64,000 nucleotides of DNA. Source: Pristiophorus japonicus. Taxonomy: Eukaryota. The notes under the pieces were generated by a model that saw only the letters and a list, made by a program, of their open reading frames with translations, was not told where the DNA came from and made no database searches. Positions 25,707-38,575 of the stretch are shown piece by piece. Each line of letters opens with the position of its first letter. Within the stretch, counting starts at the first letter, position 1. The position numbers were made by a program, and so were the translations under genes. The DNA is taken from positions 333,312,001-333,376,000 of the forward strand of contig NC_091977.1 of the NCBI RefSeq assembly GCF_044704955.1. The letters run 5' to 3'.

Positions 25707-26104
25707 AGTTGGAAGGGTGATGAACTTCATAAAGGAATTGACTTTGATGTGGGTTGCTGAGAAATGGGGGGAAGCTGCGAACTATAGGTGGAAGGGACTG
25801 GAATTGGAATGTAAGGAGTGGGGAGAGGCAGCATGATAGATGGGCTCAATTTTGGAAAAATGCACAAACTCATTATGCTTAGTATCAGAAGTGAGGGTGG
25901 AGGAAGGTTGAAGGAAATGGTTTGTGATGGGGAAGAAGACTTAGGAGTTCTTAATTTTCAGAATGAGTTTGGATTAATTGGAGGATTTAGCTATAGAGAG
26001 AGTGGAAGTACTGCTTGAGGTGGTCATCCAGATCTGACAGTTTTTTTTAGCCAGGCAAGTTGTATACCATTCATTCTCTAGTCTACAGCCCATGGACATG
26101 AGTA

Positions 26105-26615
26105 ATTGTTGTACAATGCAAGCAAGTGTGAGGGCATCCACTTTGGACCTAAAAAGGATAGAACAGAGTACTTTCTAAATGGTGAAAAGCTAAAAACAGT
26201 GGATGTCCAAAGCGTGTTGGGGATCCAGGTACATAGATTATTAAAATGTCATGAACAGGTACAAAAGGCTAATGGATTGCTGGCCTTAGTATCTGGAAGA
26301 CTAGAATACAAGGAGGTGGAAATTATGCTGCAGCAATACAAAACCCTGGTTAGACCACACCTGGAGCATTGTGAGCAATTCTGGGCACGACACCTTTAGA
26401 AGGATATATTGGCCTTAGAGGGAGTGCAGCGTAGGTTTACCAGAATGATATCCAGATTTCAAGGGCTAAGTTACGAGCAGAGATTACACAAATTAAGGTT
26501 GTATTCCCTAGAATTTAGAAGGTTAATGCGTGAGCTGATCAAAGTTTTTAAGATATTAAGGGGAACAGATAGGGCAGATAGAGAGAAACTATTTCTGCTG
26601 GTTTGGGATTCTAGG
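26105..26615 (+). mobile_element. CR1 remnant
   Basis: LVRPHLEHCEQFW, LEGVQRRFTRMI. Confidence 0.75.
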
Positions 26616-26669
26616 AAGAAAGAAAGAAGAAGGAAAGAAAGTGTTCAATTTATATAGAGCCTTTCACGA

Positions 26670-29600
26670 CTAGTTGGAGGGGGAGGGTGAACAGGCAGTT
26701 ATTGTGGGGCATATAGGTACCAATGATATAGGTAAAAAAATGGGATGAGGTCCTACAAGCTCAATTTAGGGAGCGAGGAGTTAAATGAAAAAGCAGGACC
26801 TCAAAGGTAGTAATCTCAGGATTGCTACCAGTACCATGTGCTAGTCAGAGTAGAAATAGCAGGATAACTCAGATGAATACGTGGCTTGAGGAGTGGTGCA
26901 GGAGGGAGGGATTCAAATTCCTGGGACATTGGAACCGGTTCTGGGGGAGGTGGGATCAGTACAAACCAGACGTTCTGCACCTGGGCAGGACCGGAACCAG
27001 TGTCCTGGGGGAGTGTTTGCTAGTGCTGTTGGGGAGGGGTTAAACTAATATGGCGGGGGATGGGAACCTATGCAGGGAGACAAAGGGAAGTAAAATGGGG
27101 GCAGAAGCAAAAGATAGAAAGAAGAAAAGTAAAAGTGGAGGGCAGAGAAACCTAAGGCAAAAATCAAAAAGGGCCACATTACAGCAAAATTCTAAAGGGA
27201 CAAAGTGTGTTAAAAAGACAAGCCTGAAGGGTCTGTGCCTCAATACGAGGAGTATTCGTAATAAGGTGGATGAATTAACTGCGCAGACAGCTATTAACGA
27301 ATATGATATAATTGGGATTACGGAGACATGGCTCCAGGGTGACCAAGGCTGGGAACTCAACATCCAGGGGTATTCAACATTCAGGAAGGATGGACAGAAA
27401 GGAAAAGGAGGTAGGGTAGCGTTGCTGGTTAAAGAGGAAATTAACGCAATAGTAAGGAAGGACATTAGCTTGGATGATGTGGAACCTGTATGGGTGGAGC
27501 TGTGGAATACCAAAGGGCAGAAAACGCTAGTGGGCGATGTGTACAGACCACCAAACAGTAGTAGTGAGGTTGGAGACAGCATCAAACAAGAAATTAGGGA
27601 TGCGTGCAATAAAGGTACAGCAGTTATCATGGGTGACTTTAATCTACATATAGATTGGGCTAATCAAACTGGTAGCAATACGGTGGAGGAGGATTTCCTG
27701 GAGTGTATTAGGGATGGTTTTCTAGACCAGTATGTCGAGGAACCAACTAGAGGGCTGGCCATCCTAGACTGGGTGATGTGTAACGAGCACTAATTAGCAA
27801 TCTTGTTGTGCGAGGCCCCTTGGGGAAGCGTGACCATAAATATAGTACAATTCTTTATTAAATTGAGAGTGACACAGTTAATTCAGAGACTAGGGTCCTG
27901 AACTTAAGGAAGGGTAACTTCGATGGTATGAGACGTGAATTGGCTAGAATAGACTGGCGAATGATATTTAAAGCGTTGACGGTGGCTAGGCAATGGCAGA
28001 CAATTAAAGATCACATGGATGAAATTCAACAATTGTACATCCTTGTCTGGAGTAAAAATAAAATGGGGAAGGTGGCTCAACTGTGGCTAACAAGGGAAAT
28101 TAGGGATAGTGTTAAATCCAAGGAAGAGGCAGATAAATTGGCCAGAAAAATCAGCAACCCTGAGGACTGGGAGAAATTTAGAATTCAGCAGAGGAAGACA
28201 AAGGGTTTAATTAGGAGGGGGAAAAATAGAGTATGAGAGGAAGCTTGCTAAGAACATAAAAACTGACTGCAAAAGCTTCTATAGACATGTGAAGAGAAAA
28301 AGAATAGTGAAAACAAACGTAGGTCCCTTGCAGTCAGAATCAGGTGAACTTATAATGGGGAACAAAGAAATGGCAGACCAATTGAACAAATACTTTGGTT
28401 CTGTCTTCACGAAGGAAGATACAAATAACCTTCCGGAAATACTAGGGGACCGAGGATCGGGCAAAAAGGAGGAAATGAAAGAAATCCTTATTAGTCAGGA
28501 AATTGTGTTAGGGAAATTGATGGGATTGAAGGCCGATAAATCCCCAGCGCCTGATAGTCTGTATCCCAGAGTACTTAAGGAAGTGGCCCAAGAAATAGTG
28601 GATGCATTGGTGATCATTTTCCAACAGTCTATCGACTCTGGATCAGTTCCTATGGACTGGAGGGTAGCTAATGTAACACCACTTTTTAAAAAAGGAGGGA
28701 GAGAGAAAACGGAGAATTATAGACTGGTTAGCTAGACATCAGTAGTGGAGAAAATGTTGGAATCAATTATTAAAGATGAAATAGAAGCGCATTTGGAAAG
28801 CAGTGACAGGAACGGTCCAAGTCAGCATGGATTTATGAAAGGGAAATCCTGCTTGACAAATTTTCGAGAATTTTTTTGAGGATGTAACTAGTAGAGTGGA
28901 CAAGAGAGAACCAGTGGATGTAGTGTATTTGGACTTTCAAAAAGCATTTGACCAGGTCCCACACAAGAGATTGCTGTGCAAAATCAAAGCATATGGTATT
29001 GGGGGTAATGTATTGACGAGGATAGAGAACTGGTTGGCAAAAAGGAAGAAGAGAATCCGGATAAATGAGTCCTTTTCAGAATGGCAGACAGTGACTAGTG
29101 GAGTGCCGCATAGCTCAGTGCTGGGTCCCCAGCTATTTACAATATACATCAATGATCTAGTTGAAGGTATTGAGTGTAATATTTCCAAGTTTGCAGCTGA
29201 CACTAAGCTGGGTGGCAGTGTGAGCTGTGAGGAGGATGCTAAGAGGCTGCAGGGTGACTTGGACAGGTTAGGTGAGTGGGCAAATGAATGCCAGATGCAG
29301 TATAATGTGGATAAATGTGAGGTTATCCACTTTGCTGGCAAAAACACGAAGGCAGATTATTATCTGACTGTCAACAGATTAGGTGAAGGGCAGGTGCAGT
29401 GAGAGCTGGGAGTCATGGTACATCAGTCATTGAAAGTTGGCATGCAGGTACAGCAGGCGGTGAAGAAGGCAAATGGCATTTTGGCCTTCATTGCTAGGGG
29501 ATTTGAGTATAGGAGCAGGGAGGTCTTACTGCAGTTGTACAGGGCCTTGGTGAGGACTCACCTGGAAAATTGTGTTCAGTTTTGGTCTCCTAATCTGAGG

Positions 29601-31125
29601 AAGGACATTCTTGCTATTGAGGGGGTGCAACAAAGGTTCACCAGACTGATTCCCAGGATGGCAGGACTGACATATGAGGAGAGACTGGATCGACAGTGCC
29701 TGTATTCACTGGAGCTTAGAATGAGAGGGGATCTCATAGAAACATATAACATTCTGACGGGACAGGAGAGGCTAGATGCAGGAAGAATGTTCCCGATGTT
29801 GGGGAAGTCCAGAACCAGGGGTCACAGTCTAAGGATAAGGGGTAAGCCATTTAGGACTGAGATGAGGAGAAACTTCTTCACTCAGGGAGTTGTTAACCTG
29901 TGGAATTCTCTACCACAGAGAGTTGTTGATGTCAGTTCGTTAGATATATTCAAGAGGGAGTTACATAGAAACATAGAAAATAGGTGCAGGAGTAGGCCAT
30001 TTGGCCCTTTGAGCCTGCACCACCATTCAATAAGATCATGGCTGATCATTCACCTCAGTACCCCTTTCCCGCTTTCTCTCCATACCCCTTGTTCCCTTTA
30101 GCCGTAAGGGCCATATCTCACTCCCTCTTGAATATATCCAATGAACTGGCATCAACAACTCTCTGTGGTAGGGAATTCCACAGGTTAACAACTCTCTGAG
30201 AGAAGAAGTTTCTCCTCATCTCAGTGCTAAATGGCTTACCCCTTATCCTTAGATTATGTCCCCTGGTTCTGGACTTCACCAACATCGGGAACATTCTTCC
30301 TGCATCTAACCTGTCCAGTCCCGTCAAAATTTTATATGTTTCTATGAGATCCCCTCTCGTCCTTCTAAACTCCAGTGAATACAGGCCCAGTCAATCCAGT
30401 CTCTCCTCATATGTCAGTCCTGCCATCCCGGGAGTCAGTCTGGTGAACCTTCGCTGCACTTCCTCAATAGCAAGAACGTCCTTCCTCAGATTAGGAGATC
30501 AAAACTGAACACAATATTCCAGGTGAGGCCTCACTAAGATCCTATACATCTGCAGTAAGACCTCCCTGCTCCTATACTCAAATCCCCTAGCTATGAAGGC
30601 CAACATACCATTTGCCTTCTTCACCACCTGCTGTACTTGCATGCCACCTTTCAATGACTGATGAACCATAACACCCAGGTTTCATTGCACCTCCCCTTTT
30701 CCTAATCTGCCGCCATTCAGATAATAGTCTGCCTTCATGTTTTTGTCACTAAAGTGGATAACCTCACATTTATCCACATAATGGTGCATCTGCCACGCAT
30801 TTGCCCACTTACATAACCTGTCCAAGTCACCCTGCAGCCTTTTTTCATCCTCCTCACAGCTCACACTGCCACCCAGCTTAGTGTCATCTGCAAACTTGGA
30901 GATATTACACTCAATTCCCTCATCCAAATCATTAATGTATATTGTAAATATTATTGTAAAAATTAAGTTAGATATGGCCCTTACGGCTAAAGGGATCAAG
31001 GGGTATGGAAAGATAGCAGGAAAGGGGTACTGAGGTGAATGATTAGCCATGATCTTATTGAATGGTGGTGCATGCTCGAAGGACCGAATAGCCTACTCCT
31101 GCACCTATTTTCTATGTTTCTATGT
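26670..31125 (+). mobile_element. Long CR1 LINE (end of ORF1 esterase + ORF2 APE/RT), interrupted near its 3' end
   Basis: SGNH-esterase-like IGTNDI and WCRREGF...LHL; APE (GITETWL, MGDFN); RT. The 3' end resumes at 30966 after the nested insertion. Confidence 0.88.
29964..30965 (-). mobile_element. CR1 LINE nested antisense within the preceding CR1
   Basis: Tail CATAGAAACATAGAAA at 29964; AGTTA duplicated at 29959-29963 and 30966-30970. Confidence 0.85.
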
Positions 31126-31127
31126 TT

Positions 31128-33495
31128 ACTGGACGTCTGAAAGTGCTTTACAGCCAATGAAATAGTTTTTGGAGTGCAGTCACTGTTGTAATGTATGAAA
31201 TGCGGCAGCCAATTTGTGCACAAGTAAGCTTGCAAAAACAGCAATGTGATAATGACCTGATAATCTGTTTTTGTTATGTTGATTGAGGGCTATATATTGG
31301 CCAGGACACCGGCGATAACTCCCCTGCTCTTCTTCGAAATAGTGTCATGAAATCTTTTACTTCCAGTTGAGAGAGCAGACATAAGAACATAAGAACATAA
31401 GAATTAGGAACAGGAGTAGGCCATCTATCCCCTCGAGCCCGCTCCGCCATTCAACAAGATCATGGCTGATCTGGCCGTGGACTCAGCTCCACTTTCCCGC
31501 CCGCTCCCCATAACCCTTAATTCCCTTATTGGTTAAAAATCTATCTATCTGTGATTTGAATACATTTAATGAGCTAGCCTCAACTGCTTCCTTGGGCAGA
31601 GAATTCCACAGATTAACAACCCTCTGGGAGAAGAAATTCCTTCTCAACTCGGTTTTAAATTGGCTCCCCCGTATTTTGAGGCTGTGCCCCCTAGTTTTAG
31701 TCTCCCCGACCGGTGGAAACAACCTCTCTGTCTCTATCTTGTCTATCCCTTTCATTATTTTAAATGTTTCTATAAGATCACCCCTCATCCTTCTGAACTC
31801 CAATGAATAAAGACCCAGATTACTCAATCTATCATCATAAGGTAACCCCCTCATCTCCGGAATCAGCCTAGTGAATCGTCTCTGTACCCCCTCCAAAGCT
31901 AGTATATCCTTCCTTAAGTAAGGTGACCAAAACTGCACGCAGTACTCCAGGTGCGGCCTCACCAATACCCTGTACAGTTGCAGCAGGACCTCCCTGCTTT
32001 TGTACTCCATCCCTCTCGCAATGAAGGCCAACATTCCATTCGCCTTCCTGATTACCTGCTGCACCTGCAAACTAACTTTTTGGGATTCATGCACAAGGAC
32101 CCCCAGGTCCTTCTGCACCGCAGCATGTTGTAATTTCTCCCCATTCAAATAATATTCCCTTTTACTGTTTTTTTTTCCAAGGTGGATGACCTCACATTTT
32201 CCGACATTGTATTCCATCTGCCAAAACTTAGCCCATTCGCTTAACCTATCTAAATCTCTTTGCAGCCTCTCTGTGTCCTCTACACAACCCGCTTTCCTAA
32301 TAATCTTTGTGTCATCTGCAAATTTTGTTACACTACACTCTGTCCCCTCTTTCAGGTCATCTCTGTATATTGCAAGCAGTTGTGGTCCCAGCAACGATCC
32401 CTGTGGCACACCACTAACCACCGATTTCCAACCCGAAAAAGACCCATTTATCCCAACTCTCTGCTTTCTGTTAGCCAGCCAATTCTCTATCCATGCTAAT
32501 ACATTTCCTCTGACTCCGCGTACCTTTATCTTCTGCAGTAACCTTTTGTGTGGCGCCTTATCGAATGCCTTTTGGAAATCTAAATACACCACATCCATCG
32601 GTACAGCTCTATCCACCATGCTCATTATATCCTCAAAGAATTCCAGTAAATTAGTTAAACATGATTTCCCCTTCATGAATCCATGTTGCATCTGCTTGAT
32701 TGCACTATTCCTATCTAGATGTCCCGCTATTTCTTCCTTAATGATAGCTTCAAGCATTTTCCCCACTAGAGATGTTAAACTAACCGGCCTATAGTTACCT
32801 GCCTTTTGTCTGCCCCCTTTTTTAAACAGAGGCGTTACATTAGCTGCTTTCCAATCCGCTGGTACCTCCCCAGAGTCCAGAGAATTTTGGTAGATTATAA
32901 TGAATGCATCTGCTATAACTTCCACCATCTCTTTTAATATCCTGGGATGCATTTAATCAGGACCAGGGGACTTGTCTACCTTGAGTCCCATTAGCCTGTC
33001 CAGCACTCCCCCCTAGTGATAGTGATTGTCTCAAGGTCCTCCCTTCCCACATTCCCGTGACCAGCAATTTTTGGCATGGTTTTTGTGTTTTTTATTGTGA
33101 AGACGGAAGTAAAATATTTGTTTAAGGTCTCAGCCATTCCTACATTTCTCATTATTAAATCCCCCTTCTCATCTTCTAAGGGACCAACATTTACTTTAGT
33201 CACTATTTTCCGTTTTATATATCGGTAAAAGCTTTTACTATCTGTTTTTATGTTTTGCGCAAGTTTACTTTCGTAATCTATCTTTCCTTTCTTTATTGCT
33301 TTCTTAGTCATTCTTTGCCTTGCCTTAGCATCTCATCTGAAAGACGGCACCTCCGACAGTGCAGCACTCCCTCAGCACTTCAGTGGAGTGTCAGCCTAGA
33401 TTTATTGTGCTCAAGTCCCTGGAGTGGGATTTGGAGTGAAGCCACAACCGTCTGACTCAGAGGTGAGAGTGATACCCACTGAGCCACAGCGAACA
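31128..33495 (-). mobile_element. Family-1 SINE split in two by a CR1 (3' part 31128-31380, 5' part ~33317-33495)
   Basis: The two halves join to match the SINE at 20196-20495. Confidence 0.7.
31381..33316 (-). mobile_element. CR1 LINE, second subfamily, with uninterrupted 489-aa RT frame
   Basis: ORF 31483-32952 contains FADD; tail is (TTCTTATG)n rather than (TTTCTATG)n. Confidence 0.9.
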
Positions 33496-33986
33496 CCCGC
33501 ACAGGACTAGGGGGCATAGTCTAAACATTAGAACCAAACCTTTCAGGAGTGAGATTTGGAATCATCCCAACACACAAAGGGTGGTAGAAGTTTGGAACTC
33601 TCTTAGGCAAATGGCAATTGATGCGATATCAATTGTTAATTTTAAATCTGAGATTGATAGCTTTTAATTACCCAAAGGTATTAAGGGATATGGGCCAAAG
33701 ATCAGCTATGATCTCATTGAATGTCACAACAGGCTTGAGGGGCTAATTGGCCTACTCATGTTCCTATGAACAGATGAAGGTAGAGGCCAACTGGAAACTG
33801 TCAAAAATGGACAAGACAATTATGGGCCACATTAACAGAGGCATGGACATTGTGTGGGTGATCAGCCAGAGGAGAGGGAGTTGTGATTTAGACAGGAAAC
33901 CTGTGTTAGAATTAGGGGGTCATTTTCCCGGCAACTTGGAGATGGCTGGCATCTGATGCACAAAGCGAGAAACAATATTGCAGCTA

Positions 33987-35910
33987 ACATAGAAACATAG
34001 AAACATAGAAAATAGGTGCCGGAGTAGGCCATTCGGCCCTTCGAGACTGCACTTCCATTCAATAAGATCATGCCTGATCATTCAACTCAGTATCCCTTTC
34101 CTGCTTCATCTCCATACCCTTTGATCCCTTTAGCCGTAAGGGCCATATCTAACTCCCTCTTGAATATATCCAACGAACTGGCATCAACAATTCTCTGCGT
34201 TAGAGAATTCCACAGGTTAACTACTCTCTGAGAGAAGAAGTTTCTCCTCATCTCAGTGCTAAATGGCTTACCCATTATCCTTAGACTGTGACTCCTGGTT
34301 CTGGACTTCCCCAACATCGGGAACATTCTTCCTGCATCTAACCTGTCCAGTCCCGTCAGAATTCTACATGTTTCTATGAGAACCTCTCTCGTCCTTCTAA
34401 ACTCCAGTGAATACAGGCCCAGTCGATCCAGTCTCTCCTCATATGTCAGTCCTGCCATCCTGGGAATCAGTCTGGTGAACCTTCGCTCCACTCCCTCAAT
34501 AGCAAGAACATCCTTCCTCAGATTAGGAGACCAAAACTGAACACAATATTCCAGGTGAGGCCTCACCAAGGCCCTGTACAACTGCAGTAAGACTTCCCTG
34601 CTCCTATACGCAAATCCGCTAGCAATGAAGGCCAACATACCATTTGCCTTCTTCACCGCCTGCTGTACCTGCATGCCAACGTTCAATGACTGATGTGCCA
34701 TGACACCCAGGTCTCGTTGCACCTCCCCTTTTCCTAATCTGCCACCATTCAGATAATATTCTGCCTTCGTGTTTTTGCCCCCAAAGTGAATCATCTCACA
34801 TTTATCCACATTATACTGCATCTGCCATGCATTTGCCCACTCACCTAACCTGTCCAAGTCACCCTGCAGCCTCTTAACATCCTCCTCACAGCTCACACCT
34901 CCACCCAGCTTAGTGTCATCTGGAAACTTGGAGATATTACGCTGAATTCCTTCATCTAAATCATTGATGTATATTGTAAATAGCTGGGTCCCAGCACTGA
35001 GCCCTGTGGCACCCCACTAGTCACTGCCTGCCATTCTGAAAAGGACCCATTTATCGCGACTCTCTGCTTCCTGTCTGCCAACCAGTTCTCTATCCACGTC
35101 AATACATTACCCCCAATACCATGTGCTTTAATTTTGCACACCAATCTCTTGTGTGGGACCTTGTCAAAAGCTTTTTGAAAGTCCAAATACACCACAATCC
35201 ACTGGTTCTCCCTTGTCCACTCTACCAGTTACATCCTCAAAAAATTCTAGAAGATTTGTCAAGCATGATTTCCCTTTCATAAATCCATGCTGACTTTGAC
35301 CAATCCTGTCACTGCTTTCCAAATGCGCTGCTATTTCATCTTTAATAATTGATTCCAACATTTTCCCCACTACTGATGTCAGGCTAACCGGTCTACAATT
35401 CCCCATTTGCTCTCTCCCTCCTTTTTAAAAAAGTGATATTACATTAGCTACCCTCCAGTCCATAATAACTGATCCAGAGTTGATAGACTGTTGGAAAATG
35501 ATCACCAATGCATCCACCATTTCTAGGGACACTTCCTTAAGTACTCTAGGATGCAGACTATCAGGCACTGGGAAATTATTGGCCTTCAATCCCATCAATT
35601 TTCTTAACACAATTTCCTGACTAATAAGGATTTCCTTCAGTTCCTCCTTCTCACTAGACACTCGGTCCCCTAGTATTTCCGGAAGATTATTTGTGTCTTC
35701 CTTCGTGAAGACAGAACCAAAGTATTTGTTCAATTGGTCTACTATTTCTTTGTTCCCCATTATAAATTCACCTGATTCTGACTGCAAGGGACCTACATTT
35801 GTCTTCACTAATCTTTTTCTCTTCACATATTAAAAAAGCTTTTGCAGTCAGTTTTTATGTTCCAAGCAAACTTCCTCTCATACTCTATTTTCCCTCTCCT
35901 AAGTAAACCC
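33987..35910 (-). mobile_element. CR1 LINE, 5'-truncated
   Basis: ORF2 fragments 34087-35826; CATAGAAA tail repeats at ~33988. Confidence 0.88.
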
Positions 35911-36977
35911 TGTTTTAAAATTAGTGATTGGTCAATAATCACAATTAACCAATGCATTGGTGTCAGAACAAACTGTTAATGAAGAGAATCTTCATTCTAA
36001 GCATTGTTCTGAATTTTCTGCGTCTACTTTGTGTTTTGAAAATATCCTGACACTTTTTTAAAAAATTGTTAAGGGCTAGTTGATGTCACAGGTACCTCCT
36101 TTGCAAGTGAAAGCAGAGCAGCATGAGTTATGAGCTCCAATGATGACAATGTTGTCACTGTCACGGCAACGGAGTATCACAAGGGTAAGCTGGAGAGCGA
36201 TTGATAAATCCATAGCATTGGAAATAATGTTAACAGATGAAATTTGATTGGAGCAGCAGGAAGTGGTAGATAAAGAGTTAATGGTTTGGGAGCACAGAAG
36301 GTGTGGGACTTGTAACAGTGACACCAGGCACTTCCTGAGCAGTAGGTCTATACAATCAAGTATGCTACATTGGGCTGACAGAGCAGCATGGACATCGTCA
36401 GGATGAGACTCAGTAGGAAGGGATGTCACTGAGCTCTGCCATTTGTTAGTGGAAGATTTCAGTTAATGAAATTACAATCAAACTGCTCATTATCCAGCCA
36501 TACCCTAACACTTTCACCCCTGTTATATTAAGGTAATGATTGATTACTCTTTGTAAGACCATCTGCACTCACTGATAAGACATAGTGCCACTGCTAAAGG
36601 GTGGACAGTGTATATTAAAGACCTATCCTTCTGTATTTTCATTGTATTGATGCATCGCTGCACAGTGCAGACCACATGCCACTGGCCTCTCACGTTCACA
36701 TTCTCCTTACTCTTGTTAAGTTTTTCCTCTATTAATGTTGGAATATTGTTATACAACTGAATAAATATGAGATACCCTTATAGAAAGAAAGCAAGAAGAA
36801 GTTGAATTAATACAGCACCTTTCATTACCTCAGGATGTCCCAAAGCCGCTTTAAACCCAATGACGTACTTTTGATGTGTAGTCACTATTGTAAGGTAAGT
36901 GTATGTCTACATCTTGGTAACTCCATGATCTCCTTTATGTACACATCTCCCTTGCTAATGCTGTGACTCTGTACATA

Positions 36978-38196
36978 AAGGGGAACCAGTGGATGTGGTG
37001 TATTTGGACTTCCAGAAGGCATTTGACAAGTTCCACATAAAAGGTTACTGCACAAGATAAAAGTTCACGGAGTTGGCGGTAATATATTAGCATGGACAGA
37101 GGATTGGCTAACTAACAGAGAACAGAGAGTCAGGATAAATGGTTCATTCTCTGGTTGGCAACCAGTAACTAGTGGGGTGCCGCAGGGATCAGTGCCGGGA
37201 CTCCAACTATTTACAATCTATATTAACAACTTGGAAGAAGGGATTTAGTGTAACGTAGCCAAGTTTGCTGATGATACAAAGATGGGAGAAAAAGCAATGT
37301 GTGAGGATGACACAAAAATCTGCAAAAGGACATAGACCAGGCTAAGCGAATGGGCAAAAATTTGGCAGATGGAGTATAATGTTGGAAAGTGAGGTCATGC
37401 ACTTTAGCAGAAAAAATCAAAGAGCAAGTTATTATTTAAATGGAGAAAGATTGCAAACTGCCGCAGTACAGCGGGACCTGGGGGTACTTGTGCATGAAAC
37501 GCAAAAGCATAGTATGCAGGTACAGCAAGTGAACAGGAAGGCCAATGGTATCTTGGCCTTTATTGCAAATGGGATGGAGTATAAAAGTAGGAAAGTCTTG
37601 ATGCAGCTATATACGGTATTGGTGAGGCCACACCTGGAATACTGCCTGCAGTTTTGGTTTCCATATTTACGAAAGGATATACTTGCTTTGGAGGCAGTTC
37701 AGGGAAGGTTCACAAGGTTGATTCCGGGGATGAGAGGGTTGACTTATGAGGAAAGGTTAAGTAGGTTGGGCCTCTACTCATTGAAATTCAGAAGAATGAG
37801 AGGTGATCTTATCGAAACGTATAAGATTATGAGGGGGCTTGACAAGGTGGATGCAGAGAGGATGTTTCCACTGATGGGGGAGTCTAGAACTTGAGGGCAT
37901 GATCTTAGAATAAGGGGCCGCCCATTTAAAACAGAGATGAGAAGAAATTTCTTCTCTCAGAGGGTTGTAAATCTGTGGAATTCACTACCTCAGAGAGCTG
38001 GGAAAGCTGAGACATTGAATAAATTTAAGACAGAAATAGACAGTTTCTTAAATGATAAGGGGATAAGGGGCTATGGGGAGCGGGCAGGGAAGTGGAGCTG
38101 AGTCCATGATCATGTCAGCCATGATCTTATTGAATGGTGGAACAGGCTCGAGGGGCCGTATGGTCTACTCCTGCTCCTATTTCTTATGTTCTTATG
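36978..38196 (+). mobile_element. CR1 LINE (TTCTTATG-tail subfamily), 5'-truncated
   Basis: LVRPHLEYCLQFW ORF and tail at 38181-38196. Confidence 0.85.
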
Positions 38197-38575
38197 AAAA
38201 CTTAATGGGCCCATCATTTCCCAACCCAAGCTCCTTGAGAACACAAACATCAAATCCAACTATCGTGTACATTGAGTTACGATTTTATCCCAGAAAGTTC
38301 AGGCGTTGATGGATGTGAAATTTCCCCCGGGTCAGTTAGTTTAAGTATTACCATTGGATAAAAAGACAAGATGGGGTGAAAATTCTGCAGCTCTTCCAGC
38401 AGGAATGTGTGAGAGAGCCAGAAATGAGGCTGAAACTGGGCCTTTGCCACCAGGTTCCAGGGGACCTTGCCTGGGATAGAGCTTCCACCAGCCTGAGCAC
38501 AGACACCTATATAATGGGGTGAGCATGACCAGCCACAGAAAATCCTTGGCTCCTTGGCCATCAGCAGGTTAATAC

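Noticed and set aside
31483-32952. Domesticated or active reverse transcriptase gene
   Set aside because: 5'-truncated CR1 copy with a broken upstream frame and no endonuclease or promoter.
36076-36429. 117-aa minus-strand ORF in apparently unique sequence
   Set aside because: No recognisable motif, start context or splice structure; probably decayed repeat.
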